From positions 1-57,924 of the IMG/VR virus record IMGVR_UViG_3300027863_000043: a DNA stretch of 57,924 bases; one strand, given 5' to 3'. Of the stretch, positions 1 through 9,205 are shown piece after piece. This stretch comes from a virus. Lineage: Duplodnaviria > Caudoviricetes. The notes beneath the pieces are model-generated. The model was not told the DNA's origin, searched no databases, and worked only from the letters and a program-made list of their open reading frames with translations. The translations under genes were made by a program, and so were the position numbers. Numbering within the stretch: the first letter of the stretch is position 1; each line of letters starts with the position of its first letter.

Positions 1-151
1 CCATCTTGGAGCGTCACTAATGAGTCTGTAACGCTGCGCACAGGTACAGTCGTCACGACAAAACCTCCTTCAGTCGATAGGGTGGGGTTAGGCGCCGATG
101 AGGGCCACACTAGGCGCGACGCTGAATGTCACGGTGATCTGATCCGCCCGG
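1..151. repeat. Terminal overlap identical to 57774-57924 (circular contig)
   Basis: 151 bp match with one mismatch (T25 vs C57798); genes continue across the junction. Confidence 0.97.
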
Positions 152-424
152 TTGTAGCACAAACGCCCCGCTGGTCAGCCCTGTATTGGTTGAGGCTTGA
201 GTCCCGAGCGTAAGAGCAATCTGCGTCACGGTGCCGCCCTGCAAAATGAGAGTCACGGGCACATTGTTGGTATTGGTGTAGGCCGTGCCGCTCGTGAGCG
301 TGGGGGCGGTTAGAATGCCAACAGGGTTGTAGCCGGGGTTGTTGCGGGCGACGGATGTTGAACCGGAGGCGAACACAATTGCGGCTCCCGTGTTGCCGCT
401 AAAGGTGTTGCCACGCGGACTCAC
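88..424 (-). pseudogene. Truncated and frameshifted tail fibre/tailspike remnant
   Basis: Starts abruptly with beta-helix-like GNTFSGNTG. Removing one G at ~144-145 extends ...VLQPGDQITVTFSVAPSVALIGA* to TAA at 88-90. Lies at the end of the tail operon. Confidence 0.55.
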
Positions 425-478
425 ACTCCTTTTTGATCAACTGCTTGGTGCGGTACTGCTTCCGGCGCACGGCCCCGG

Positions 479-1054
479 CTAATAGCTCGCCGGTGCCCAC
501 GTCACTGCTTGGGCCTGCGCGACAGTGGTGGTAGCTTTAGCCTCAGCCACCAGCGTGCGCAGTTGCTTAATCTGCGCCCAGGCGAAGCTGTTGGCCGCCA
601 CGTCAAGCTCATCCAGCGTGGTCTGGTCAGGGATGCTGACGGTGTTCCCGTTGATGTCGGCGTAGGGCATGGGGAACGTGTCGATTCCCTTGTCAACCGC
701 CTGCTGGACCTGCATGAGATGCATCTGGTCCATCTGTTGCCAGCCGAATGTGTACGAGGCGCCACTGATAGTCGCCTGAAATCCTGCATTGACCGTCTCC
801 TCGTAGCCCCCTTGAATCGCAGCTATCGCTGAGGCCTGCGCCTCCGCGAGAAGTTGCGCGTTCGTTACGGTGCTGATGAGTTTGTTATTGACTACAGTGT
901 AGTGGGATGGGTTGTTGATTGCGTCCTGAGCGGTGGTGTCAGTTTCGTCGAACGACACGGACGATTGGCCCTCTGTCGTCTCCCACTTCGATACATTGGA
1001 TCTATGCCGTTCGAGGATCTGCCCAGTGGACGTGTCGTAGATGAACCAATACAT
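479..1054 (-). CDS. Tail fibre assembly/chaperone-like protein (DUF4376-like)
   Basis: Directly after the fibre gene; AAGGAGG RBS; C-terminal 'TTVAQAQAVTW' typical of Tfa/DUF4376 proteins. Confidence 0.6.
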   Translation of the reverse strand: MYWFIYDTSTGQILERHRSNVSKWETTEGQSSVSFDETDTTAQDAINNPSHYTVVNNKLISTVTNAQLLAEAQASAIAAIQGGYEETVNAGFQATISGASYTFGWQQMDQMHLMQVQQAVDKGIDTFPMPYADINGNTVSIPDQTTLDELDVAANSFAWAQIKQLRTLVAEAKATTTVAQAQAVTWAPASY

Positions 1055-1066
1055 TTGGTCCCCTCC

Positions 1067-2038
1067 TTAGCTACCGATGGCTAACCAGCTGATGGCCGCC
1101 ACACCAGAGATGCCGGTGTTCTCTACACCGAGGGAAAATCCGGTGGGCGTAACCGCTGAAACACTCACATACGCCGCGTTGTTGTTCTGCGCGTACGTCG
1201 CAAGTACGACAGGCGCTGAGGTGTAGGGGGTTGGGAAGGTGACCGCCTGAGCAACCGTAGTGTTTTGAGTCGTTGTGACATAGGCGGTTCCGCTCTCTAC
1301 TTTGTATCCTCCGCTGAGGGCTTCAAGGAGCGTCCCGTCGCGGCCATACGGGACAAAGGCACCGCCAACACCCACCCCCGCGACCCGAAAACAAACGACA
1401 CCCAGCGGATCGGTCACGTTGAAGGCGTCAGCGGCGGCTGAGTTGGTTTTGGCCCCCCATGTTGCGCCTCCGCTTCCGGTGGATAACGTCGCGCCTCCCG
1501 GTGTGACAAAGCCGGTCCCGTTTGACATCGCGACGTTACCCGTCGGAGCTACGGTACCTTGCAGACTAGCCAAGATCCGCTCGTCCGTGATGTTAGCCTG
1601 TGTAATGCCTGTGGCGCCGGGCGCAACGTACACGTGCGCCAGTACGATACCCACATACCCTGCTGGCAAGGATGGCGCTACGGGAGCGGCCGATGCGATG
1701 CCCGTTACCGACTGGACAATCGGCGTGTACGGCGTTGTGGTCGTGTTGATAGCCGCAACGATAAGGTCGATGCGCGGATTACTGGGGTCAGCGGTGGCAA
1801 TCGTCAACGTTTGGGGGGCATCACTGCAGAAGCGGTACCCCCCAGGTAGCCAAGCGTTGCCCCCTGTCGTACCCTGCGCCGCCCCGGCCACTGTCACGCT
1901 CATCGCGTTTGGAGTGGAGGCCGACACCCCCAGATCCTCGCTCGTTACGACACCGGGACTGACCCAGTCCGTCCACTGCTCCATAAAATCCTCGGGAGCG
2001 TACGAACCACCTGAATAAAAACTGGCATGGATAGCCAC
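1067..2038 (-). CDS. Tail fibre / receptor-binding protein
   Basis: N-terminal baseplate-anchor motif 'ADPSNPRIDLIV...ITDER'; C-terminal 'VTFPTPYTSAPVV...VTPTGF' gp53/H-lectin-like domain. Confidence 0.75.
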   Translation of the reverse strand: MAIHASFYSGGSYAPEDFMEQWTDWVSPGVVTSEDLGVSASTPNAMSVTVAGAAQGTTGGNAWLPGGYRFCSDAPQTLTIATADPSNPRIDLIVAAINTTTTPYTPIVQSVTGIASAAPVAPSLPAGYVGIVLAHVYVAPGATGITQANITDERILASLQGTVAPTGNVAMSNGTGFVTPGGATLSTGSGGATWGAKTNSAAADAFNVTDPLGVVCFRVAGVGVGGAFVPYGRDGTLLEALSGGYKVESGTAYVTTTQNTTVAQAVTFPTPYTSAPVVLATYAQNNNAAYVSVSAVTPTGFSLGVENTGISGVAAISWLAIGS

Positions 2039-2050
2039 GCGAAAACCTCC

Positions 2051-3055
2051 TTATGTGCTGACCTGCGTGACACTTCCTGTATCCCAGTGCACATAACTCG
2101 TTGTACCCAGGGCTTGCACCTGCTGCATGGTTTGAGTGACAGAGATCTGACTGTATGTCGTCTGGTTCGGGTTGTTAATGTAGACATCAAGGATGAGAGC
2201 GGCAGACGTACCGAAGGTCACGGGGAAGGTGACCGGGAACGCCTCGGTTCCGTTCACGCGCACCACCACCACCGGATACGCCCCCACAATGCCTGCGATG
2301 AGCGTAATCATCGACGAAATCATGGAAGACGTTGAGTAATCGAGCGTGGCCTGATAGCCAGCCGATTTGACCCGGTTCAGGATTTGGAGCATCTGGCCCG
2401 TGGTGTAGGCATACCCTGTGGAGCTCCCCGCGCGCGACGCTTGGACGTTAAACGTGCCGGGCGACACGTCATAAACGGCGGCCTTATAGCCGAGAGTGGC
2501 AAACAACTTTTGAATGGCGAAGTTGTTCTGCGTCGGGCCAAACCGCATGGCGACCAGACGTTGCATGTACATCGCGTCTGGCTCCCCTTGAAACCGGGGA
2601 ATGCCCACTGAAGCTCCCCACCAGTCCGCGCAACGTGTCAGCGCGGCTTGCAGGTTCACCTGCGCCGCTTCTGCGTTCGCAAACCGCTTGTTCCCTTCGA
2701 GGAGGCGGCCCATCATCCCGAGCACCGCATACGTCGGATCGCTTGGCAGGGAGAGCGACACGGGCAACGGGCTTGACGCCACTTGGTTCGGGAGGGTCAA
2801 CAATTCCGCGAGTCCCACCGTGGCGGCGGAGGTAGCGACCACACCGAATTGCGCATTGATCTGGTCGGCAAGTTGCGTGACGGTTAGACCATAGAGATCG
2901 AACGCGGCAGAGGTAGCGCCCACGGTCATGTACAACGTGTTGCCTGACAGACTGACACTGCCACTCCCGGCGAGAGACAACGCGGAGAACGTATCCGTGG
3001 GAACCGGCAAACCGCCGGGGATATTGGTGACCAGGCGACTAATAAACGGGTTCAT
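2051..3055 (-). CDS. Baseplate wedge protein (gpI/gp48-like)
   Basis: 'DWWG..GIPRFQGEPDAMY..R' motif; follows baseplate J. Confidence 0.65.
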   Translation of the reverse strand: MNPFISRLVTNIPGGLPVPTDTFSALSLAGSGSVSLSGNTLYMTVGATSAAFDLYGLTVTQLADQINAQFGVVATSAATVGLAELLTLPNQVASSPLPVSLSLPSDPTYAVLGMMGRLLEGNKRFANAEAAQVNLQAALTRCADWWGASVGIPRFQGEPDAMYMQRLVAMRFGPTQNNFAIQKLFATLGYKAAVYDVSPGTFNVQASRAGSSTGYAYTTGQMLQILNRVKSAGYQATLDYSTSSMISSMITLIAGIVGAYPVVVVRVNGTEAFPVTFPVTFGTSAALILDVYINNPNQTTYSQISVTQTMQQVQALGTTSYVHWDTGSVTQVST

Positions 3056-3066
3056 CGCGCCTCCTC

Positions 3067-4515
3067 CTAGCTACTCGCCTGTTGAATCGTCGGCACGCCC
3101 GAGAGCACATACACATTCCCGTTGATGAGCGCCGTGTTGCTCGTAGGTGGCGACGCGGCCCCGGCGGCAGGTAAGGCCGTCAGGGTCTCCTGAGCACCGT
3201 TGCCGGAGAGCGCGAACGTAACGGACGCCCCGCCCTCTTGTGACAAGTAATAGCTCACGCCAGTTGCGCCGACCGCCAGCGTTTGCGCGGGTATCTGGAT
3301 GGCTTGTCCAGCCGTAAGGGTGACCGACCCGAGCGCAGAGACCGTTGTCTCGCCCCATGGGTTCGTATACGTGATGCCCACTTGATACGTGCCAGCTGCC
3401 AGAGACGTTGAGGCGCCCGGTGTAATGGCAACCGGCACAGGGGCTGCACCGGGGGGCGCCACGTACGGCGTTGCCGGCTGGTCCGCAGACGGCGAGAGGA
3501 TTTGGACGTTCCCAACCCCCGGGACGGCACGAATGGCTGTCGCGAGCGCTGTGACGCTGAACGTCTCGCCCAAGCCGAGTTGCGCAAGGTAGTTCTGAAT
3601 GGCCGCTTGCACACCGGTTTGAACGGCTGCCAAGGTATAGCCATTCGCCGGATACACGGCCGCGGTTACGGATAGCGGAGTTTGCGGTGCGTCTACGACG
3701 TACAGGAAACACCCTCCGGGCTTCGGGCCCACCACGACGGTGCCATTCGTGTCGGTGTAGCCGTACAGCAGGTTTTTCGTCTGCGTCAAGAGGGCCGTTG
3801 ACATTGATCCGACGCCGTTAAACACGTAGCAGTACCCGGTGCCCGGCGCCACCCCGTCGTACCATTTGGCTTTGACGACCTGCTCGGTCGGGTTCCCGGA
3901 CGCATCCGTAATCTGGCTCTTCACGGCGGCCGCTTCAATGGATGGCCCAATACCCTTTTGGATTTGTTCCAGTTGGTTGGCGATTTGCGCCTGTATCTGA
4001 ACCTGCGTCGGTGCGTCCTGTCCCGGTACAACAGGCGTACTAGACTCATTCGTCACAGTGAGACCGCTGACAGGGACCACCATCTGCGTGATGCTGTTCG
4101 CAGGAACGTTGGTGATGCTTCCTGTTGAACTACAAAGACCTGTAAGGGTCACGGACTGACCCGGCTGTAACGTGCCAGACTGCCCGATGACCCATTGGAG
4201 TGTGCTAAGCGGGATCGCGGCAGCGGTGCCCGACGTATACGTCCAGACCGGAGCCGAGGCGGACAAGGTGAAGGTGAGGGCGTACACCGAACCAGTGGCA
4301 CCGATGGGAGGTAGTCCGAGCATCCCGGAGAGGACGTTTAGGACCGCGACCGCAAACAGGTCTTCCGTTTGTTGCTGCTGGACGGACGACTCCACGGCGA
4401 AGCTATCCACCAGGCTGCGAATCACGGTGCCGGTATTAAAGTTTGTGGCCGTTGAAGTACTGCTTGTAATAGTCTGAACAGCGGAAGTGGCAATCTGAGT
4501 TGGGGTCTGTGGCAA
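3067..4515 (-). CDS. Baseplate J-like protein with C-terminal extension
   Basis: 'NFNTGTVIRSLV', 'GSITNVPANSIT', 'IRAVPGV' J-family motifs; TTG start with AAGGAGG RBS. Confidence 0.85.
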   Translation of the reverse strand: MPQTPTQIATSAVQTITSSTSTATNFNTGTVIRSLVDSFAVESSVQQQQTEDLFAVAVLNVLSGMLGLPPIGATGSVYALTFTLSASAPVWTYTSGTAAAIPLSTLQWVIGQSGTLQPGQSVTLTGLCSSTGSITNVPANSITQMVVPVSGLTVTNESSTPVVPGQDAPTQVQIQAQIANQLEQIQKGIGPSIEAAAVKSQITDASGNPTEQVVKAKWYDGVAPGTGYCYVFNGVGSMSTALLTQTKNLLYGYTDTNGTVVVGPKPGGCFLYVVDAPQTPLSVTAAVYPANGYTLAAVQTGVQAAIQNYLAQLGLGETFSVTALATAIRAVPGVGNVQILSPSADQPATPYVAPPGAAPVPVAITPGASTSLAAGTYQVGITYTNPWGETTVSALGSVTLTAGQAIQIPAQTLAVGATGVSYYLSQEGGASVTFALSGNGAQETLTALPAAGAASPPTSNTALINGNVYVLSGVPTIQQASS

Positions 4516-4530
4516 AGCTCAACCCTCCTT

Positions 4531-5379
4531 TCAGGCGAGGCTGACCGTAGTATTGACGGACAGAGGAGCGTTATTGCCAGTAACGTACGAGTCACCCGTA
4601 ATCGCTAGACTGGAGCCCGCGAGCGTCGTCTGGAGGTTGCGAATATCCATTATCTCGGGTAGTTTCATCAGCGCTTCCCGTGCATACGCAGGCCACGGGG
4701 TGTCGGGTGACGAAGATCCGAGTTTTGCGCGAAGCTGGGCTCCGAAGTCCGGGTGAAGCGGTAAGCTCTGCAAGTCAGTTCCGAGCACACTGGCGAACCG
4801 CTGCTGCGCCATCGCCTCCCCGCTCACCGTGGCCAGGTCACCGGACGCATCCCACTGAAGCGGCCACGCGAGATCGGTTCCAAACGCATCCACCAACTCG
4901 GCCAAGGCGCTCAAGTTGAAGTTGTTTGTCGCGCTGGTCACCGGGACATAGACGGTGTCCCCCGGCAGGAGGACGTGGACGTTGCCAACCGAGAACGCAG
5001 TGAACATCTGCACTTGCGCACTGAGCCCGTACGAATTCTGCAGCGGGGTTGACAACTCAAACGTCGTCCCGTCGTACGCCCTCACGCCAACGGCTTCTGC
5101 TACCAAGCCAGATGCTCCGCTGTACGCAAGGTAGAGCGTGTTGATGCTCTGGGGCTGACCGGGGAAACTGACGGACGACGATCCAGCCGTCAACGGTTGC
5201 GTGGACGTTACCGATGCAAGGGGGGGACCGTAAACCTCCGACGGGTTCAGCGTGATATACGGTGGCGCGAGCCGATTCGTCGAGATGAGCGTGCCCACGT
5301 CCGTCCCGAGTTGGGTGGCAACGGCCTCGATGCCCCGTTCAATATCGGTCACGCTAAGGATGTGTGGTTGCCCTATCAT
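4531..5379 (-). CDS. Baseplate wedge gp25/W-like protein with LysM-like N-terminus
   Basis: 'NRLAPPYI', 'FGTDL...GDLATVSG', 'LPLHPDFG' motifs; synteny. Confidence 0.7.
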   Translation of the reverse strand: MIGQPHILSVTDIERGIEAVATQLGTDVGTLISTNRLAPPYITLNPSEVYGPPLASVTSTQPLTAGSSSVSFPGQPQSINTLYLAYSGASGLVAEAVGVRAYDGTTFELSTPLQNSYGLSAQVQMFTAFSVGNVHVLLPGDTVYVPVTSATNNFNLSALAELVDAFGTDLAWPLQWDASGDLATVSGEAMAQQRFASVLGTDLQSLPLHPDFGAQLRAKLGSSSPDTPWPAYAREALMKLPEIMDIRNLQTTLAGSSLAITGDSYVTGNNAPLSVNTTVSLA

Positions 5380-5831
5380 CTCACCGTCACCCCTCCCATC
5401 AACGTGTTCAGCAACTGCACCGGATTACTGGGTACGCTCGTCTGCTGCACCGGGTCCCATGCCGTTAATGACGTTAGCGCGGTCTGTGCGCCTTGGGTCA
5501 GCGTAAGGCCTACCGAGCCGCCTGTACTGGCCTGCGCGCTCAACGTCGCGTTGGCGGATACCGCACGCGCGGACGAGGAAAGGTGGAGCAGGTACTGACT
5601 GCTGTAGATGCTCTGCGTCGTCGCGGTGTATAAGGCATCACACACGTTCGCGACCGATAGCGCGATGCTCGCCAGATTTCCGAGGGCCCCCGCAGAGAGG
5701 GTATCGTAAACGGCCTGCGCGCTCGCTAAGAACGTGATCCACGTCTCGAGCGCCGGAACCTGGCTCAATAAACTGGTGAGAGGCGCCAAAATCTCCTGTT
5801 GTGACGGTACAGATGCCGGATAGCGGAGCAT
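5376..5831 (-). CDS. Baseplate-region hypothetical protein
   Basis: GAGGAGG RBS before ATG at 5831; coupled to the next gene. Confidence 0.6.
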   Translation of the reverse strand: MLRYPASVPSQQEILAPLTSLLSQVPALETWITFLASAQAVYDTLSAGALGNLASIALSVANVCDALYTATTQSIYSSQYLLHLSSSARAVSANATLSAQASTGGSVGLTLTQGAQTALTSLTAWDPVQQTSVPSNPVQLLNTLMGGVTVR

Positions 5832-5842
5832 GGTTTCCCTCC

Positions 5843-6622
5843 TCAGTTCGGAATTTTGAGCCACAAGCCGGTGAAAATGAGATTCGCATTTTGCAGGTGA
5901 TTGAGCGCGACAATTTGAGCGACGAAGCTCTCCACTTGCGCTTTCGACGCTTGCCGTGGGAGATAGGACTGAGCCATCGTGTACAGAGTGTCGCCGCTCT
6001 GGACCTCCCGCAGCAGGTAGGGGGTTTGCTTCTGGGAGAGCGCCTTTTGGTGCGCGGTCGTCACGCTTTGCTGCGCGAGTCGAGCAATGGCGGCTGCGCT
6101 GTGAAACTTCGGCGCTACGGCGTCAGATGCTTTCTCAACCGGGCCCTTGGTGAGATCCTTAAGCACCGTAAAACTGACTCCATACGAGACGGTGGTCGGG
6201 CTTGCCACCGAACGCGTCAATTGTGGCTGTCCAACCGGTTCGAGCTCCCACGTTTCTCCGGTGGCCCCGTTGATGCCCGTCAAGGTCTGGCTGTTTGGGT
6301 TCGAGAGTTGTCGCGTGGCGTAGTATTCGAGAATGTCCATCGCCAGGTGCCGAACGGCGGTATTGCCGTCCACATGCTGCCCGTTAAATCGACCATCCGG
6401 GCTATCCCAAGCGGAATCCCCCTGCAACGCGATCGACTGCGGACCTAAGCCAAAACGGTCTACCCAGATCCCCGACAGGGTCTGCGTGATAGTGGTGCGA
6501 AAGAACAAGGCCACGCTCTGACTCGGGTTGACTGGCAGCGTGAGCGTGTTCACAGAGGCCTTCCCCGTCGGTCCGACTTCCAGGGTAAACGTGCCCCCGA
6601 TCTTCAACCCGACCATTGCCAT
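5843..6622 (-). CDS. LysM-domain tail tube initiator-like protein
   Basis: 'LPVNP...DRFGLG...I.LQG' N-domain; C-terminal LysM 'VQSGDTLYTMA...LNHLQNANLIFTG'. Confidence 0.75.
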   Translation of the reverse strand: MAMVGLKIGGTFTLEVGPTGKASVNTLTLPVNPSQSVALFFRTTITQTLSGIWVDRFGLGPQSIALQGDSAWDSPDGRFNGQHVDGNTAVRHLAMDILEYYATRQLSNPNSQTLTGINGATGETWELEPVGQPQLTRSVASPTTVSYGVSFTVLKDLTKGPVEKASDAVAPKFHSAAAIARLAQQSVTTAHQKALSQKQTPYLLREVQSGDTLYTMAQSYLPRQASKAQVESFVAQIVALNHLQNANLIFTGLWLKIPN

Positions 6623-6634
6623 CTCCCTCACCCC

Positions 6635-7405
6635 CTACCCGGCATACACCTTTGTGCTGGAGGCCTGAATCACTCCGCCGACGACCACATCGCCATCTCG
6701 CGCAATCGGCTTGCCCCCTCCCGTCACCGTCCCCACGTAGACTTCCGAAGCATTCACAGTAACCGTCCCACTCACGGTGAGGTTGACGGTCCCCTTCACG
6801 TTCAGCGTGAGGTTGTACGGCGTGGTCGTGGTCTGCGGGGACCACTCTGCATTCTCTTGCGTCATGTCTACGGGAGTGTCGCCGGTGGACGCCAACGTAT
6901 AGGACCCGTCTGGATACCCTGTCTGCACGTCGCCGGCAGGTGAAATGGCCGTCCAGATCCCGCTCTCGTGCAAGCTCACTTTCCACCCTGCATTCACGGT
7001 GTGAACCTGCGAATTGTATGGGCTTTGAAAACCCAGGCAAATAGGACGCTGCGCTCGTCGACCGAGAAAAACGATGACGGCCCAAACGTCCTGATCGCCC
7101 GATGGGATAGGTTGGTCGTAGGCTCCGAATTCGGTCGGTATCGGAGCGGCCAGCTTGATGTTGCTTGGCAAGTAGGTCTCTCCCGTTTGCGTCCCGTAGG
7201 ACCAACTCGTGACCGGGACCCCGTAGAGAATGCCGCCTTGGACTTTCCCATCGAGTGCCACGTCGATGCGACCCGTATCGGAATGGACAGCGATGACCTT
7301 CGCCAAGAACGGCCCGGGCTCATTGCTGTATGGGTTGGAGTTCTCGACACGAGCGCGAGCGGCGAGCGCCGGGTCAATGTGATTTGACTTCACGGGACGT
7401 CCCAC
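6635..7405 (-). CDS. Baseplate central spike (gpV/gp45-like)
   Basis: OB-fold-like N-terminus, beta-strand repeats, C-terminal 'GKPIARDGD...STKVYAG'. Confidence 0.75.
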   Translation of the reverse strand: MGRPVKSNHIDPALAARARVENSNPYSNEPGPFLAKVIAVHSDTGRIDVALDGKVQGGILYGVPVTSWSYGTQTGETYLPSNIKLAAPIPTEFGAYDQPIPSGDQDVWAVIVFLGRRAQRPICLGFQSPYNSQVHTVNAGWKVSLHESGIWTAISPAGDVQTGYPDGSYTLASTGDTPVDMTQENAEWSPQTTTTPYNLTLNVKGTVNLTVSGTVTVNASEVYVGTVTGGGKPIARDGDVVVGGVIQASSTKVYAG

Positions 7406-8700
7406 CCCCGAACCCCTTGTAACGTGGCATCCCAGCCGTTATTCGCGTACTGGAAGTTCTGCGTCACCTGCGAGAGGTAGTACTCACGCTTCTTCTCCGG
7501 CACGGTGCGGTAGGTGCCGACTTGCAAGGCCTCGTCTCCATGCGCGTGGATCGAGCCGCTCCAGAACTGCTCCACGTCGCCCAATGTGGCAATCAGCCAT
7601 GCGTTCAAATCAGCGGCTTGCTGCAGAAGCGGCATCGTGTTCTTCGCCGGTTTGCCGTTGCTCTGCGCGATGCTGATCCAAGGCGTGTCGAGCTGCAACG
7701 GGTTAATGCCGTACAACTTTGCTTTGCTCGTCATGACCCCATTGGACAGCCCCGGCAGGAACGTGGGTTGGGTCATGTTGAAAAGCTGACCGTCCGCCGC
7801 CCACGTAAGGAAATAGGTGTACAGGTCCGCGTCCGTCTGGGCGTCCACCACACTATCCACGTCGAGCACGTCCCCGGAACTCGGGCGAGACCGTCCATGC
7901 GCCGGCGTAGCACCGGTAATGGTTTTGTACGGAGCCATTCGACCAACGAGCGTCGGACCTTCGGCGTCGTCGCGGACAAACAACTCACCCCACGGAGGAG
8001 AGGACGCGTACTGCAGAAGGTTGTAATAGCTGCCGGTGTAGGAGGCAACCGCGAGACCATTCATCGAATAATGAGGAAAAGTGAAGTCGTGACGAAAGTC
8101 GGGTAGCGTCGGATAATTGTGCGCCTGGAGTCCTTGCATAAGAGGGCCGGCCAGGTTCGCAAACGCCGCGGTAATCCACTCGTTGACGCTGTTTGCAAAG
8201 AGCGGAATCTTGAAATTTGCAAACAGCCCGAAGCCTGCGTACTCTGCGGCGATGCCTTTTAACTGCGCTGCACCCGACTTCTGAAACACGTTTTGCGTGA
8301 ATAAGTAGAGAATCTGCCACCGATTCAGGAGTTTCGTATAATCTGTTCCCGTGAGAACAATGCGGGGTTCGCTCAGGCCGCCGCCTTGACCGAGGGACAG
8401 GTTGTTGTTCGGCGAGTCGAGAAACCCACGCATGATGATCGGATACTCTCCGTTGACCTTCTGCCCGGTCTTGCTCGCTCGTATCTCCACGTAGTCCATG
8501 GGTTTTAGTAGGGCCGACCACTGCTTGCCAAGCTGGTAGGACCCGGGGGTGAGGGACAGCTTGAACGTTCCGGTCGTGAAGGACTTGGTTGTCGTCCAAG
8601 AGTATAGATCACCTGCGAGCTCGTAGGTTTCACCCCGCCACGTATGTACAGTAACGCTGCTCTTTGACGTGTATCGGTTGACCGCGAAGCTCACTGGCAA
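7390..8700 (-). CDS. Baseplate hub protein (gp27-like)
   Basis: Between tape measure and spike; 'LKPMDYVEI', 'GTDYTK', 'PWGELF', 'LQGVRG'; TTG start at 8700 with AGGGAGG RBS. Confidence 0.7.
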   Translation of the reverse strand: MPVSFAVNRYTSKSSVTVHTWRGETYELAGDLYSWTTTKSFTTGTFKLSLTPGSYQLGKQWSALLKPMDYVEIRASKTGQKVNGEYPIIMRGFLDSPNNNLSLGQGGGLSEPRIVLTGTDYTKLLNRWQILYLFTQNVFQKSGAAQLKGIAAEYAGFGLFANFKIPLFANSVNEWITAAFANLAGPLMQGLQAHNYPTLPDFRHDFTFPHYSMNGLAVASYTGSYYNLLQYASSPPWGELFVRDDAEGPTLVGRMAPYKTITGATPAHGRSRPSSGDVLDVDSVVDAQTDADLYTYFLTWAADGQLFNMTQPTFLPGLSNGVMTSKAKLYGINPLQLDTPWISIAQSNGKPAKNTMPLLQQAADLNAWLIATLGDVEQFWSGSIHAHGDEALQVGTYRTVPEKKREYYLSQVTQNFQYANNGWDATLQGVRGWDVP

Positions 8701-8743
8701 TCCCTCCCTTATGGTATTGTACGGAGTAGAAAGGGTGAGGTAG

Positions 8744-9205
8744 ATGAAAGGTCGATGGGCGATCTCCGTTTTATTCCTTGCAAATACCATCTTCGGTATT
8801 CGTGTGAACGCGCATCCTCTCACGGTTCGCCAGGTGCTCCTTCAATTCGTCCCTCCTGGCGAACCTGGCGCGCCACACAATCTTGAATGGCTAGTGGAGC
8901 ATCGGGCCGGCGACGGAGGGTATTACGGAACTCGTTACTTTCCCGGTACCCTTCGCATCACCAAACAGACCGATAGAGTGATCCTCCACTACAAAACAGT
9001 AGAAACCATTTCGGCCACCGGGATCACAAAAACCCAACGCGTGCTGTCCGGAACCACACATGTCTGGAACAATGTGCTGTGGTCGGCAGAGTGGAAGCTG
9101 AACGCCCGTGATTTCACTTTCTTCCTTTATCAAAACTTGAAAAGGCCGCATACGTGGCAAGTTGTCGGTCAGAACGATGCGGGAATCCAAGTGTTGCATT
9201 TCTAG
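8744..9205 (+). CDS. Counter-oriented moron; predicted exported protein with signal peptide
   Basis: Own RBS (AAGGGTGAGG); MKGRW plus hydrophobic stretch plus VNA cleavage-like site; fills the gap between TMP and hub. Confidence 0.65.
   Translation: MKGRWAISVLFLANTIFGIRVNAHPLTVRQVLLQFVPPGEPGAPHNLEWLVEHRAGDGGYYGTRYFPGTLRITKQTDRVILHYKTVETISATGITKTQRVLSGTTHVWNNVLWSAEWKLNARDFTFFLYQNLKRPHTWQVVGQNDAGIQVLHF

Noticed and set aside
1-151. Biological direct terminal repeat
   Set aside because: It falls mid-gene in the tail region, far from terS, and its length resembles a read or assembler overlap; treated as a circularity marker
1067-2038. Diversity-generating retroelement or invertible tail-fibre cassette
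   Set aside because: No reverse transcriptase, template/variable repeat pair or flanking inverted repeats seen
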